Positions 30,146 to 41,091 of a stretch of 64,000 nucleotides of DNA are shown here, in pieces. The DNA comes from a bacterium (lineage in GTDB: Bacteria; UBA8248; JACPRG01; G963555815), in assembly GCA_963555815.3 (NCBI GenBank), contig CAUVWX020000001.1, positions 32,001 through 96,000 of the forward strand. Direction: 5' to 3'. Each line of letters begins with the position of its first letter. The stretch's first letter is position 1. The notes under the pieces were generated by a model. That model had not been told where the DNA came from. It saw only the letters and a program-made list of their open reading frames with translations, and did no database searches. The position numbers and the translations under genes were made by a program.

Positions 30146-31051
30146 TCAGCGCCGCCGGGCCGCCAGAACCCGGTCCCGGCCTTCAAGGTCAAGGGCGGCC
30201 TCTACTCTATCGTAATCCCCAAGGGAGCCGAGTGCCGCCTGGAGATCTGGACTCTGATCCGCCCCCACCTCCATGAGGAGCCAGCCCCCTGGCTTGAGAA
30301 CCCTCGGCGAGGCAAGGGCGATGGCCCGGTGGGGCCACTGACCGTTCGGTTGGACGAGGAGGGCGATCCGGGGCTCATAGGCGGCAACCTCAGGGGGAAG
30401 ATTCCCCCATTCTCCCTCCAAAATATAAGGCGGGTTGGAGACGACGGCGTCAAAAGTTCCAGTCTCTTGAAAGGGAGAGAGCCAGTCCGCAGCCAGGAAT
30501 TGGACTCGGTCTCCCAGGCTCAGGCGGCGGGCGTTCTCAGCGGCGACGGCCAGGGCGGGAAGACTCACATCCGTTGCTATCACCCGAAGGTCGGGCCGCT
30601 CGGCCAAGAGGGCGAGGGCCACATTTCCTGAGCCGGTCCCCAGATCCAGAACCCTGGGGGACCCTCCTGAAGAACGCCCCTTTTGCACAGGGGGAAGACG
30701 CCTCAGGGCCTCTTCGACCAGGGTCTCGGTCTCGGGGCGGGGGACGAGAACGTCGGGCGTCACGCGAAGGTCAAGGGACCAGAACTCCCGACAGCCCGTG
30801 ATATAGGCCAGGGGCTCTCGCGATTCACGCCGACGAAGGTGCTCCTCAAAGCGGGCTTGGACGGCTTCCTGAAGGGATTCGAGGAGATGCGTCAGAAGCT
30901 CGGCCTGACCGACGCCCCTCGCCTCGGCCAGAAGCACCTCGGCCTCGAGACGGGCGCAAGAGATCCCTGCTCGCTCGAGGCGTTTTTCCGCCTCGGCGAG
31001 GTATTCGGCACCGCTCCTGGTCGGACGCTTGGCTGTAAGGGGACGGATCAG
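30146..31051 (-). CDS. prmC: Release factor glutamine methyltransferase (start uncertain, possibly CTG)
   Basis: [31 protein letters not shown]. Confidence 0.95.
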   Translation of the reverse strand: MIRPLTAKRPTRSGAEYLAEAEKRLERAGISCARLEAEVLLAEARGVGQAELLTHLLESLQEAVQARFEEHLRRRESREPLAYITGCREFWSLDLRVTPDVLVPRPETETLVEEALRRLPPVQKGRSSGGSPRVLDLGTGSGNVALALLAERPDLRVIATDVSLPALAVAAENARRLSLGDRVQFLAADWLSPFQETGTFDAVVSNPPYILEGEWGNLPPEVAAYEPRIALLVQPNGQWPHRAIALASPRVLKPGGWLLMEVGADQSPDLQAALGSLGDYDRVEAALDLEGRDRVLAARRR

Positions 31052-32145
31052 GCGGATCTCCCGGCCGTCTCGAATTCGGCCAGGCGGTCGGCCTCGTGGG
31101 CGGCGATGAGGGGCTCGATAACCTCTTCGAGACCTCCCTCGAGAACCGCCTCCAGCTTGTAGAGGGTCAAATTGATGCGGTGGTCGGAGACGCGGCCCTG
31201 GGGAAAGTTGTAGGTTCGGATCCGGCCGCTTCGGTCTCCCGACCCCACCTGGGACCGCCTCTCGCGAGCCCGTTTCTCTTCCTGCTCTTGCTTGGCGGCG
31301 TCGTAGAGACGGGCCCTGAGAACCTTTAGGGCCTTGGCCCGATTCTTGTGCTGGGATTTTTCGTCCTGACACGTAACCACCATCCCCGTCGAAAGATGGG
31401 TAATTCGCACTGCCGAGTCTGTCGTGTTCACGCTCTGGCCACCAGGGCCTGAGGACCGAAAGACATCGATCCGAAGGTCCTGGGGGTCGATCCGAAGGTC
31501 CACCTCCTCGGCCTGAGGAAGAATGGCCACCGTCACTGCCGAGGTATGGATCCGGCCTCCGGTTTCGGTCTCAGGCACTCGCTGGACCCGATGGGTCCCG
31601 CTCTCATGCTTGAGTAAGCTATAGACCTTTTTCCCCTCGACCGAAGCGATGACCTCCTTATAGCCGCCAAGGCCTGTTGGATGCTGGCTCATGATCTCGA
31701 CCCGCCATCCTCGACGCTCAGCAAATTTAAGGTACATCCGAAAGAGCTCGGCCGCAAAGAGAGAGGCTTCCTCTCCTCCTGTCCCCGCCCGGATCTCCAG
31801 GATGACGTTTCGCTCGTCGTTGGGGTCCTTGGAGAGCATGAGGTGCTTCAGGCGCGCCTCCGTTTCCCCCCGGCCCCCCTCCAGACGTTCCAGCTCTTCT
31901 CGAGCGAGCTCCCGCAGCTCCGCCTCCTCGGCCTCGGCCATAACCTCTTGTCCCTGGCAAATCTGCTCCTCAAGGGTCAAGAGGTGACGGTAGAGGTTCA
32001 CCACCTCCTCCAACTCCGCCCGCTCCTTGGCCAGGGTCCGGAAGGTCTCCCGGTCGGCGATGACCTCCGGGTCGCTGAGGCGCCCGTTGAGAACCTCAAA
32101 GCGGTCCCCCAGGGCGGCCAGCTTGTCAAGGAGATGAGGGTGCAT
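31048..32145 (-). CDS. prfA: Peptide chain release factor 1
   Basis: GGQ motif (SGPGGQSVN), PET specificity tripeptide, IRTYNFPQ. Confidence 0.98.
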   Translation of the reverse strand: MHPHLLDKLAALGDRFEVLNGRLSDPEVIADRETFRTLAKERAELEEVVNLYRHLLTLEEQICQGQEVMAEAEEAELRELAREELERLEGGRGETEARLKHLMLSKDPNDERNVILEIRAGTGGEEASLFAAELFRMYLKFAERRGWRVEIMSQHPTGLGGYKEVIASVEGKKVYSLLKHESGTHRVQRVPETETGGRIHTSAVTVAILPQAEEVDLRIDPQDLRIDVFRSSGPGGQSVNTTDSAVRITHLSTGMVVTCQDEKSQHKNRAKALKVLRARLYDAAKQEQEEKRARERRSQVGSGDRSGRIRTYNFPQGRVSDHRINLTLYKLEAVLEGGLEEVIEPLIAAHEADRLAEFETAGRSA

Positions 32146-32353
32146 TGCGGGATGAGGCCTGGCGGTATCTACGCTTATAGCGGTCCACCCGGCCTGCCGT
32201 GTCCACCAGTTTTTGGCGGCCGGTGAAGAAGGGGTGACAATTGGAGCAGATCTCCACCCGGATCTCTTTCTTAGTCGAGCGGGTTTGGATCACGTTCCCG
32301 CAGGCACAGGTGACGGTGCAGTCTACATATTCGGGATGAATGTCCGCTTTCAT
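32126..32353 (-). CDS. rpmE: 50S ribosomal protein L31 (Zn-binding type)
   Basis: [23 protein letters not shown]. Confidence 0.97.
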   Translation of the reverse strand: MKADIHPEYVDCTVTCACGNVIQTRSTKKEIRVEICSNCHPFFTGRQKLVDTAGRVDRYKRRYRQASSRNAPSSP

Positions 32354-32408
32354 GGAGATCTCCTTTGCCAACTTTTCATTATAACTCAATATGGCCCCCT
32401 AAGAGGCT

Positions 32409-33737
32409 CTAAGCATTCATCGAATCCAGAAACTCTTTGTTCGTCTTCGTCTCCATGACCTTCTCCAGGAGAAGTTCCATGGCCTCCACGACCCCCATGG
32501 GCTGGAGGACCTTGCGAAGGAGCCACACGCGGTTCAATTCCTTCTCCGAAAGAAGGAGCTCCTCCTTGCGCGTGCCAGATCGATGAATATCGATGGAGGG
32601 GAAGACACGCCGGTCGGTGATACGGCGGTCCAGATTCACCTCCATGTTGCCCGTTCCCTTGAACTCCTCAAAGATGACGTCGTCCATCCGGCTCCCTGTC
32701 TCGATAAGGGCGGTGGCCATGATGGTGAGGCTACCCCCCTCTTCGATGTTTCGGGCGGCGCCAAAGAAGCGTTTTGGCCGCTGCAGGGCGTTGCTGTCGA
32801 CACCGCCCGAGAGGATCTTGCCGCTCGGAGGGACAATGGTGTTATAGCCTCGGGCGAGCCGGGTGATGCTATCGAGGAGGATGACCACATCCCTCTTGTG
32901 CTCCACGAGGCGCTTGGCCTTTTCGATGACGATCTCCGCCACCTGGACATGGCGCTGAGCGGGCTCATCGAAGGTGGAACTGACAACTTCCCCCTTCACC
33001 GAGCGCAACATGTCCGTCACCTCCTCGGGCCGCTCATCAATGAGAAGGACGATCAGGATGACCTCGGGGTGATTCTCCGTGATGCTGTTGGCGATGGCCT
33101 GAAGCAGCATCGTCTTTCCGGTCCTCGGCGCCGCCACGATGAGCCCCCGCTGGCCCTTTCCGATGGGTGTCAGGAGGTCCATCACCCGCATCGAGGCGTT
33201 GTTCTCCCCTTTCACCTCCAGACGGAGGCGCTCGTCGGGATAGAGGGGGGTGAGGTTGTCGAAGAGGATCTTGTTCTTGGCGTTCTCGGGGTCCTCAAAG
33301 TTGATGGCCTCGACCTTCAAAAGTGCGAAATATCGCTCCCCTTCTTTCGGGGGGCGGATCTGGCCTGAGACGGTGTCGCCAGTGTGCATGTCGAAGCGCC
33401 GGATCTGAGAGGGGGAGACGTAGACGTCATCAGAGCCTGGCAGGTAGTTGTCTCTTGGGCCACGGAGAAAGCCAAAGCCGTCCGGCAGGATCTCCAGGAC
33501 CCCCTCCCCAAGGATGTGCCCGTCTTTCCCACTCTGGGCCTCGAGGATCTTGAAAATGAGTTCCTGCTTTCTCAGCCCACTAATGCCATCTACGTTCAGA
33601 CTGCGGGCGAACTGGGTGAGGTCCGAGATGGTTTTTTCCTTCAGCTCGGCCAGATTCAATTTTGTCTCCTCTTTGGGGTGATCACCCTGGGTGGGCTCCT
33701 CAGGTCGTCCAGAGGAGTCCTCTGCGGGTTCACCCAA
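32409..33737 (-). CDS. rho: Transcription termination factor Rho (start uncertain)
   Basis: [55 protein letters not shown]. Confidence 0.98.
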   Translation of the reverse strand: MGEPAEDSSGRPEEPTQGDHPKEETKLNLAELKEKTISDLTQFARSLNVDGISGLRKQELIFKILEAQSGKDGHILGEGVLEILPDGFGFLRGPRDNYLPGSDDVYVSPSQIRRFDMHTGDTVSGQIRPPKEGERYFALLKVEAINFEDPENAKNKILFDNLTPLYPDERLRLEVKGENNASMRVMDLLTPIGKGQRGLIVAAPRTGKTMLLQAIANSITENHPEVILIVLLIDERPEEVTDMLRSVKGEVVSSTFDEPAQRHVQVAEIVIEKAKRLVEHKRDVVILLDSITRLARGYNTIVPPSGKILSGGVDSNALQRPKRFFGAARNIEEGGSLTIMATALIETGSRMDDVIFEEFKGTGNMEVNLDRRITDRRVFPSIDIHRSGTRKEELLLSEKELNRVWLLRKVLQPMGVVEAMELLLEKVMETKTNKEFLDSMNA

Positions 33738-34012
33738 CGGCAGGGGCTCAGAGTGAGAAGGGGTTAAACGCGCGATGGTTGGGGTCCACCTCTGCCATTA
33801 ATAGGAAGGATAGTTCAAGGACTGGATAAGCGGATAAGACCTCTAGAGATTCACCGCCGGGGTGAGAGATCTTCTACGGGTTCCTTAATGGAGGAGAACG
33901 ACGGTGTCTGTAAATTTTCCCACAATTTATCCTGAGATCCGATGGGAACTACGAACAGCGTCAGAGGCTAGGAACCAAACTGTCAGCGCTGCAGACCTAC
34001 TAACCAAGAGGG

Positions 34013-34041
34013 AATATAAATAAACCCTAGCCTCCTGTCAA
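34013..34041 (-). promoter_or_regulatory. sigma70-type promoter for rho
   Basis: TTGACA-17nt-TATATT, -35 within the coaE 3' end. Confidence 0.75.
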
Positions 34042-34653
34042 CCTTTTTTTCCGTGCCTTCTCCAAGAGGCCCGCCCAAATGGCTTCCACCTGCCTTTCGG
34101 TCGCCTCCAAGGAGTCCCGGTTATTAATGACATGATCAGCGAAGCTCGCCTTCTGAGCGGTTGACAGCTGGGCCGAAAGCCGGGCCCTCGCCTCCGACGG
34201 GGAAAGACCCTTCTGTCGAACAAGGCGACCAATCTGGGTCTCCTCGTCCACGTCCACCACCACGACCACATCCATTCGATCCACCCCCCCCGCCTCGATC
34301 AAGAGGGCGGCATCCAAGACCGCCACCCCCTTCGGGTTTCGTGCCTCCAAGTCCCGAAAGAGCCGCTCCTCTTCTGCCCAGATTTGGGGGTGGACAATGG
34401 CGTTCAGGTGGACCCTAGCTTCCGCGTCGGAAAAGATGATCCGTCCCAGGGCCGGCCGGTCCAGAGTTCCATCCGGTCGCAGGACCTTCGCGCCAAACTC
34501 CTTTGCGATGGCCTCCAGGGCGGGACGTCCCGGCTGGACCACGAGCCGAGCCAGCTCGTCGGCATCGATGACGTGGGCCCCCCGGCTTTGAAACATACGG
34601 GCGATGGTGCTCTTTCCGCTTCCAGGCCCCCCCGTCAGGCCTACCCGCAGCAT
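34027..34653 (-). CDS. coaE: Dephospho-CoA kinase
   Basis: GLTGGPGSGKST, IDAD, LDRPALG, IVHP. Confidence 0.95.
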   Translation of the reverse strand: MLRVGLTGGPGSGKSTIARMFQSRGAHVIDADELARLVVQPGRPALEAIAKEFGAKVLRPDGTLDRPALGRIIFSDAEARVHLNAIVHPQIWAEEERLFRDLEARNPKGVAVLDAALLIEAGGVDRMDVVVVVDVDEETQIGRLVRQKGLSPSEARARLSAQLSTAQKASFADHVINNRDSLEATERQVEAIWAGLLEKARKKRLTGG

Positions 34654-34691
34654 TGGCCCTCGTTTGCGCTCCGGCGGCAAAGGGGAGCTCC

Positions 34692-34970
34692 TTACTTGAG
34701 ACCCCGGCGGACCATCTCCTCTTCATAATGCTTTCTGTAGAGGACCTCCCATTCAGGACTGCCCGCAGGGATTTTTCGTTTATAGGATTGAATTGTTCGG
34801 AAGACTTCTTCATCAATGCCTTCATCGATCCGCAACTCGTCCGTCATGGCACGGACCATGTGGAGCCTGACATCGTTTGTGGGGCGAAGGAACGCGATCC
34901 CCTCATCCCCCTCGAGGGACTCCACTAGGAGTTTGGAGAGGTGGTTGATCTTCTCCCGACCGATTCGCAT
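34692..34970 (-). CDS. DUF507 family protein
   Basis: MRIGREKINHLS, IPAGSPEWEVLYRKHYEEE; paired with the next gene. Confidence 0.75.
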   Translation of the reverse strand: MRIGREKINHLSKLLVESLEGDEGIAFLRPTNDVRLHMVRAMTDELRIDEGIDEEVFRTIQSYKRKIPAGSPEWEVLYRKHYEEEMVRRGLK

Positions 34971-34980
34971 TGTCCTCGTC

Positions 34981-35262
34981 TCAAAGGATAAGGTTGCGTT
35001 GCCGTACGAGGCGGTTTTTAATAAGGTTGAATAGGCTTGAGTAGTCGACGTTGCGCCGGTCCATCTCCTGCTCGTACCCGGCCAGGATCTCCTTCACTTC
35101 CTCATTCAGGCGGTCCTCCACCCTGAGATCCTCCTCGATGATCCCCGCCAGCCTGGCCCGAAGGTCCTCCTCTGACCCTTGAATCTCAATGTACTTGTAT
35201 CGAAGGAGTCCTTGAGCGATGGCCGTCACAATCCGCTCGATCATCTCCTTTCGAAGTCGCAT
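34981..35262 (-). CDS. DUF507 family protein
   Basis: MRLRKEMIE, EDRLNEEVKEIL, VDYSSLFNLIKNRL. Confidence 0.75.
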   Translation of the reverse strand: MRLRKEMIERIVTAIAQGLLRYKYIEIQGSEEDLRARLAGIIEEDLRVEDRLNEEVKEILAGYEQEMDRRNVDYSSLFNLIKNRLVRQRNLIL

Positions 35263-35402
35263 GGCCGAAGGATTCCCCCCTATGAACTACCCCCCTCGGG
35301 GCCTGCCGCCCAAGTCGGAAACTGTCTCTTATCAATGATATCTTCCGCTATATTGCGCTTTTTCAACCCCTTTGCCAACGCGCCCGGGCCTTCGCCCCCC
35401 CT

Positions 35403-36500
35403 TCATCTTTTGGCCTGACCCTTTCGGCGCCGGGGAAAATATCTCATGAGGGTGGCCCGAAGTTCCTTCACGACCTCCTTGCGAAGGGTTTCCGGTTCCA
35501 TCACCAAGGCCTCATCCCCCCATCCGAGGGCCCAGGTCTTAGCCGTCTCAAAGTCCTTGGCGATGTACTCCACACGAAGGGTCTTCGGCCCATCCTGGCT
35601 CTCCTCCACGCGAAGTCCCTGAGGCGCGCCCCTCTCGGCCCACGTCCTGACCCGCTCCGCCGCCTCCCCAGTGAGCTGGGCCCTTACGCGCAGGCCCTCG
35701 CCTGGAGCCACAGGGCCTAAGGTCAAAATGGGCTCAAAGTCCAGGTCAAGTGGAAGTTGGAATACATCCTCCGTCAGGCGCAGCTCTCGAATCTCCTTCA
35801 GGGGGAACAGATGGATCTTCCCGCGACGGTGCTCATGGGCCATCAGGAAGGTTTCTCCCTGGGAGAACCAGACGCCGTAAGGGTCCACGCGATGCCAGGC
35901 AGCGCGAGAAAGCCCAGGCGCATGGTAAAGGATCTCCACACACCGGCGCCCCTCGGCCGCCTCTTCCAAGCGCTCCATAACTTGGCGGTGAGCGCTCACC
36001 TCCTTCAGGGAGGCCAGATAGGGCGTAAAATCTTCGTCAATGAGGTCGAGAAAGGCCCGAATGGGTTTTGGGACGAGACCCTCTACCTTTTCCAGGAGAG
36101 ACCGGAAGGTGGTGCCGAAAGGCGTCTTTTGAAAGGCGGAAAACTCCCCCCGGGCATAATAGAGGGCCATCAGCTCTGAGGGGAGGAAGGGAGAGGGCGC
36201 AACGCGGCGAAAACCAGGGCTGAAGCGCCAGCGGGTACCCCCCTCGCGGACCTTGAGCAGGGGAAATCTCGCCCCGGCCAGGTCTTCTAAGTCCCGTCGA
36301 AGGGTGCTCTCGCTCCAGCGCCGGCCGGCCCCATCTTCTCCGGCCTCCTCGGGCGGCGGAAGGACCTCGGCGAGGTCCTGCAGGTCTGGGGCCGCCCCCG
36401 TCTCCAGCAGCTGAATAATCTGCCACTGACGTTGGAACTGGTGGCAACGCGACAAGGTTTCAACCTCCCCCTCTGCCAGACCCTTCTTTGGCGCCAGCAC
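35403..36500 (-). CDS. HTH-WYL-WCX transcriptional regulator
   Basis: HTH STLRRDLEDL, WYL-type EILYH..VDPYGVWF..FLMAH, C-terminal WALGWGDEALVMEPETLR. Confidence 0.85.
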   Translation of the reverse strand: MLAPKKGLAEGEVETLSRCHQFQRQWQIIQLLETGAAPDLQDLAEVLPPPEEAGEDGAGRRWSESTLRRDLEDLAGARFPLLKVREGGTRWRFSPGFRRVAPSPFLPSELMALYYARGEFSAFQKTPFGTTFRSLLEKVEGLVPKPIRAFLDLIDEDFTPYLASLKEVSAHRQVMERLEEAAEGRRCVEILYHAPGLSRAAWHRVDPYGVWFSQGETFLMAHEHRRGKIHLFPLKEIRELRLTEDVFQLPLDLDFEPILTLGPVAPGEGLRVRAQLTGEAAERVRTWAERGAPQGLRVEESQDGPKTLRVEYIAKDFETAKTWALGWGDEALVMEPETLRKEVVKELRATLMRYFPRRRKGQAKR

Positions 36501-37341
36501 GTTGTAGGGCCTGAAGATATTCCATGGGCACCTTCACTCTGCCCATGAAAACCTGATCTTTGCCCGCCCCGTGGCAGTCCGACCCCCCCGTCGGCAGGAG
36601 CCCCTTTTGGGCTGCCAGCTCCTTGTAGTGACGGGCAGCGGCCGGCGGGTGACCCGAGTGATAGACCTCGATGGCCTGAAGGCCCGCGCTGATGAGTGAC
36701 GAGATGAGGTGATCTTTGTGCCTCCGTCCCGGATGGGCCAAGGCCGGAACCCCTCCAGCTTTCCGGATGAGGCGGATGCCCTCGTCAGGCGAGATGGCGT
36801 CCACGCGCTCATAGGCAGGTCGACCCATCCCCAGATATCTCTGAAAGGCCTCATCCCGAGAGGTCACGTGTCCCGCCTCCACCAAAAAGCGGGCTACGTG
36901 CAGCCGACCGACAGAGCCCTCAGGATAACGCGCAAAGAAGGCCTCAAGATCTACCTTCACTCCCAGGTCATTCAGCCGACGGAACATGCGGGACACGCGC
37001 TCTCGGCGTGTCGCCTCGATCCCAGAGAGGGTGTCCAGGAGCCCGACGTTCTCCACGTCAACCCCATAACCCAGGATATGGACATCGCCTCTTTCGGCTG
37101 TCGTGCTGAGCTCGACGGCAGAGATGATGGTGAGGCCGAGGGCCCGGGCCCGGGAGCGGGCCGGCGCAATCCCCCGGACGGTATCGTGGTCTGCAATGGC
37201 AAGACCCGAGAATCCCAGAGAGGCCGCCCTCTCCACAACGGCCTCCGGCCTCTCGGTCCCATCGGAGCAGTCGGAATGGACGTGGAGGTCGGCGAACGGC
37301 TCGCCGGGGGCGATCACCTCATGGACATAGGAAGCTTTCAC
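36460..37341 (-). CDS. PHP domain phosphoesterase (TrpH/YciV-like); start approximate
   Basis: DLHVHSDCSDG, IADHD, VHILGY, LAHP, GGSDCHG. Confidence 0.92.
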   Translation of the reverse strand: MKASYVHEVIAPGEPFADLHVHSDCSDGTERPEAVVERAASLGFSGLAIADHDTVRGIAPARSRARALGLTIISAVELSTTAERGDVHILGYGVDVENVGLLDTLSGIEATRRERVSRMFRRLNDLGVKVDLEAFFARYPEGSVGRLHVARFLVEAGHVTSRDEAFQRYLGMGRPAYERVDAISPDEGIRLIRKAGGVPALAHPGRRHKDHLISSLISAGLQAIEVYHSGHPPAAARHYKELAAQKGLLPTGGSDCHGAGKDQVFMGRVKVPMEYLQALQRAGAKEGSGRGGG

Positions 37342-37503
37342 TGGGATACGGGCGGCCTGGAATTCTAACACAGGAGGCACCAACCGCCGCCTGGGGTCGG
37401 GGCCGCCCCTCGGAAGATGAACGAGAAGCCGTCGCAGGCCCCAGGATGCTTGAAGCCCCTGGGAAAGACCGCCCGGTCTCTTCCTAGGGGTGCTCAAAAA
37501 ATT

Positions 37504-37578
37504 TGGAGCGGGCGATGGGAATCGAACCCACGACGTTCAGCTTGGGAAGCTGACATTCTACCTCTGAATTACGCCCGC
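37504..37578 (-). tRNA. tRNA-Gly (CCC)
   Basis: Cloverleaf, anticodon loop TTCCCAA, CCA end. Confidence 0.96.
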
Positions 37579-37623
37579 CCAGATTCCCCCCTCATCCTTC
37601 TTAGACATGGATTTCTCATTTGG

Positions 37624-37652
37624 TGTATACCCAAGGGCCCACCCAAGGTCAA
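37624..37652 (-). promoter_or_regulatory. Putative promoter for tRNA-Gly
   Basis: TTGACC-17nt-TATACA. Confidence 0.5.
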
Positions 37653-37673
37653 GGGGTTTGAAAAGAAAGGCGC

Positions 37674-38114
37674 TCAAGATCTTTGGGGGGCCTCGCCCAC
37701 CTGGACGTGGCACTCCTCCACCCACTCGGCACCCCCCTCTCCATACTCCTTTTTCCAGATGGGGACGATCTGCTTGATCCGGTCAATCGCGTACTTACAA
37801 GCCTCAAAGGCCTCGGCGCGATGGGGAGACGCCACTGCAATCACGACGGCATTGTCACCGATCTGAAGCCGGCCCACCCGGTGGACGATGGCGACGGCGT
37901 CGAGACCCCAGTTCTTCTTGATCTCGTCGCCAATCTGGCGGAGCTTCTTCTCCGCCATCCCCTTATAGGCAAAGTACTCGAGCTCGATGACCTTCTGTCC
38001 CCGGGAGTGGTCCCGAACGACGCCAACGAAGTTGACAATGGCCCCCTGGCCAGGCCCCAGAACGGCCTTGTTCACCTGTTCCGTCGTAATGGGCTTATCC
38101 GAGATCTCAAACAT
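37674..38114 (-). CDS. moaE: Molybdopterin synthase catalytic subunit
   Basis: GAIVNFVGVVRD, HRVGRL, SPHRAEAF, PIWKKE. Confidence 0.96.
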   Translation of the reverse strand: MFEISDKPITTEQVNKAVLGPGQGAIVNFVGVVRDHSRGQKVIELEYFAYKGMAEKKLRQIGDEIKKNWGLDAVAIVHRVGRLQIGDNAVVIAVASPHRAEAFEACKYAIDRIKQIVPIWKKEYGEGGAEWVEECHVQVGEAPQRS

Positions 38115-38418
38115 GAGGGGCCTTCCCTTCGGGGAAGGACCGCATCCGGTTCTCACTGGGGCGGTCCCCTCTCCAGCCGCCCGAGATGGGAGGGATAAGG
38201 GCGATCTCGTCTCCCGGCTTCAGAACGGTGCCGGGATCTACAAACTCCTGGTTGACGGCCACAGTCAAGGCGGAGAGGCGCTCGCCAAGCCGGGGATGGT
38301 CCTCGGCCAGGGATGCAAGGAGAGACTGGACAGAGGCCCCTTCCGGCACCTCGACCTCCAGCCGCTCTCCTCCGATGGCATCCTTTGCCCAGGCAAAGGC
38401 GAGAACCTCAACCTCCAC
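38107..38418 (-). CDS. moaD: Molybdopterin synthase sulfur carrier; reads 22 aa beyond the GG motif
   Basis: VAVNQEF, LKPGDEIALIPPISGG. Confidence 0.93.
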   Translation of the reverse strand: MEVEVLAFAWAKDAIGGERLEVEVPEGASVQSLLASLAEDHPRLGERLSALTVAVNQEFVDPGTVLKPGDEIALIPPISGGWRGDRPSENRMRSFPEGKAPHV

Positions 38419-38569
38419 GATCTACTCCTACTCAAAAGAAGGAATTTAGTCTCCAACTGAAGAAAAAGATCGTTCTCATCCTATAGAGACACACGCTCAC
38501 CTGTCAAGGCGACCAGAGCCGCTGGAACAAGGCAGAATCCGCCCTGGCGGGCTTTTAGCCGCTTTCGGA

Positions 38570-39460
38570 TCAAACGCAGAGGGTCCACCCTGGGCTCTGG
38601 TAGCGTTTCAAAAGGTCTTGGGCCAAGCGCTCCTCCTCTTCCGTGAGAAGACCCGGAACAAGCGCGACTCCCAGGCCCTCCTCAAAGCCCGCCTTGAGGG
38701 CAAGGGCGGCTTCGGAATACGAAACCTCACGCCCTGTCACCCCCCGCAGGCTCGTCATCCTTTGGGAGAGGTCTTGGGCCAGCTCCTTGCGGGATTCAGG
38801 GCTCCTGGTCTTGAAGAGAAGGGAGAGGGTCTCAATATCGAGGTCTAGGAGGATGGAACCGTGTTGGAGGACAGCCCCGCCGCCCCGGCGCTGTGCGCTT
38901 CCGACGATCTTCTTCCCTCGCCCGGAGCTCGAGCCCCCTTGAGTCACGACAACCTCAAAGGCCGAGGCCACGAGAAAGCAGGCCCCCTTGCCATCTTGAC
39001 GAGGGAGCGGAGCCCCTGGAGGCGAAAGTTCTGCCGGAACCCCAAGGCGCTGAAGACAACGGACAAGGCCCCGGCTGATCAGGGCATAATCCGCGAGGAT
39101 GGAGTTTTTGTGCAAAGTTGCCACAGAGACACCCCGTTCTTCCTCTCTCCGCGCGCTTCTCAGGCCCTCCCCGACCTCGTCGGGAAAGACAACGGAATAG
39201 GTGAGTTCCCCGTCGTGGAGGACAGCCCGGCCGCCTGTGGGACGCCGGACGAGAGGGATTTTCAACTCCTCCAGTGCGGCGAGGTCGATGTCCCGCGAGA
39301 CTTTTTGGCCACGGCCCAGGGAGAGGGTCGGGGTCTCCCAGGCGAAGGCCCGGACGGTAGGAAGGGTCGTTCCCCTCTGGCACCCCCGCCAGAGGACCTC
39401 GTCGAGGGCCATATTAAAAGCCCCGTCGCCAGGGCCTGTGTCCAGAAACCGCCAGTTCAT
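38570..39460 (-). CDS. Lipoate-protein ligase/octanoyltransferase (LplA/LipM family)
   Basis: NMALDE, VRRPTGGRAVLH, KKIVGSAQ, LQHGSI; next to gcv genes. Confidence 0.92.
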   Translation of the reverse strand: MNWRFLDTGPGDGAFNMALDEVLWRGCQRGTTLPTVRAFAWETPTLSLGRGQKVSRDIDLAALEELKIPLVRRPTGGRAVLHDGELTYSVVFPDEVGEGLRSARREEERGVSVATLHKNSILADYALISRGLVRCLQRLGVPAELSPPGAPLPRQDGKGACFLVASAFEVVVTQGGSSSGRGKKIVGSAQRRGGGAVLQHGSILLDLDIETLSLLFKTRSPESRKELAQDLSQRMTSLRGVTGREVSYSEAALALKAGFEEGLGVALVPGLLTEEEERLAQDLLKRYQSPGWTLCV

Positions 39461-39570
39461 AGGCTTAGGGCGAAGACTCGATGACGAGAACCACTATGTT
39501 GCCCACATGAGACAAGATAGCGCCCGCCAAATCGTCCATCAAGGTGCAAAAGATTGAGTGAGAAGAATGA

Positions 39571-41091
39571 TTAGGGCGGAGAGTCTTCCTGCCAGCGAAG
39601 GACGGGCTCTCTTGCGGCCTTGACTTCATCCAGGCGGGAGGTCTTCGGGAAATGAGGGGCTGACTGGATAAGCCCGGGTGCCCGCTCCGCCTCATCTGCG
39701 ATGGCGAGCATGGCTTCGATGAATTCGTCCAGCGTCTCCCGGCTCTCCGTCTCCGTCGGCTCAATCATCATGGCCCCCTTCACGATGAGAGGAAAGTAGA
39801 TGGTCGGGGGATGGAAGCCGTAGTCCATGAGCCGCTTGGCGATGTCGCTGGTTCGCACCCCGTGCGCCTGCTGGTGCTTATCGGAAAGCACACACTCGTG
39901 CATGCAGGTCCGGTCGTACGTTAGGTAATAGCGCCCTTTGAGGCGAGCACAAAGATAGTTGGCGTTCAGGACGGCCATCTGGCTTGCCCGCTTTAGCCCG
40001 TCCCGGCCCATCGAGCAGATGTAGCTATACGCGCGGACCAGGATGCCAAAGTTCCCGTAAAAACTTCGGACCTTCCCGATGGAGTGAGGGATGTCATAGT
40101 TGAAGTGATAGCGCTCCCCCCGCTTCTCAATAACCGGAACAGGGAGATAGGGCTCCAAGATCTTTTTTACCCCAACGGGCCCGGCCCCCGGACCTCCCCC
40201 CCCGTGGGGGGTGGAGAAGGTCTTGTGGAGGTTGAGCTGGACGACGTCCATCCCCATGTCTCCCATCCGGGCAATCCCCATGAGGGCGTTCATATTGGCC
40301 CCGTCGCAGTACACAAAGCCCCCTCGGTCGTGAACGATTTGACAGATGGCTTTGATATCCTCCTCAAAAAGCCCGAGGGTGTTGGGGTTCGTCAGCATGA
40401 GGGCGGCCGTCTCATCGTCCATGGTCGTCTCCAGGGCCCTCAGGTTCATCAGGCCCCGCTCGTCGGATTTGATCTCAACCACCTCGTAGCCACAAAGCGT
40501 TGAGCTGGCGGGATTGGTGCCGTGGGCCGAATCCGGCAGGAGGACTTTTCTTCGAGGGTTTCCTTGATCGGTGAGGTGGGCGCGGATGAGCATCATCCCG
40601 GTCAGCTCCCCCTGGGCGCCGGCCGTTGGCTGAAGGACCATGCGGTCCATCCCAGTGATCTCCCGAAGGGCGAGGTCGAGCTCCCAGAGGAGGGCGAGGG
40701 CCCCCTGGCAGGCCTCCTCCTCCTGGTAGGGGTGAAGTCTTGCGAAGCCCGCCATCGCCGCCACGTCCTCATTCACCTTGGGGTTGTACTTCATCGTGCA
40801 GGAGCCAAGCGGATAAAAGCCGTGGTCCACTGAATAGTTCCAGCCGGCAAGGCGCGTGTAGTGGCGAACCAGGTCCACCTCGCTCACCTCAGGAAAACCC
40901 GGGATCTCTTCCCGGCAAAGTGTTGGAGGCAGGACCTCTGAGAGCTCCGCCAGCCCGTCCGGGGAGGAAGAGAGGGAATAGGCCTGCCGGCCCGGAGAGC
41001 TTCGTTCGAAGATGAGGGGTTCGTTGAGGATGAGACCGGAGGCCCCCACCCGGTCGGGGCGACCCCTGGCAGGAGAGGCCGGATCTTTCAC
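39571..41091 (-). CDS. gcvPB: Glycine dehydrogenase (decarboxylating) subunit 2
   Basis: [44 protein letters not shown]. Confidence 0.97.
   Translation of the reverse strand: MKDPASPARGRPDRVGASGLILNEPLIFERSSPGRQAYSLSSSPDGLAELSEVLPPTLCREEIPGFPEVSEVDLVRHYTRLAGWNYSVDHGFYPLGSCTMKYNPKVNEDVAAMAGFARLHPYQEEEACQGALALLWELDLALREITGMDRMVLQPTAGAQGELTGMMLIRAHLTDQGNPRRKVLLPDSAHGTNPASSTLCGYEVVEIKSDERGLMNLRALETTMDDETAALMLTNPNTLGLFEEDIKAICQIVHDRGGFVYCDGANMNALMGIARMGDMGMDVVQLNLHKTFSTPHGGGGPGAGPVGVKKILEPYLPVPVIEKRGERYHFNYDIPHSIGKVRSFYGNFGILVRAYSYICSMGRDGLKRASQMAVLNANYLCARLKGRYYLTYDRTCMHECVLSDKHQQAHGVRTSDIAKRLMDYGFHPPTIYFPLIVKGAMMIEPTETESRETLDEFIEAMLAIADEAERAPGLIQSAPHFPKTSRLDEVKAAREPVLRWQEDSPP

Noticed and set aside
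33760..33930. TTATCC-like words as DnaA boxes or oriC
   Set aside because: No perfect TTATCCACA match, no AT-rich unwinding element and no dnaA context
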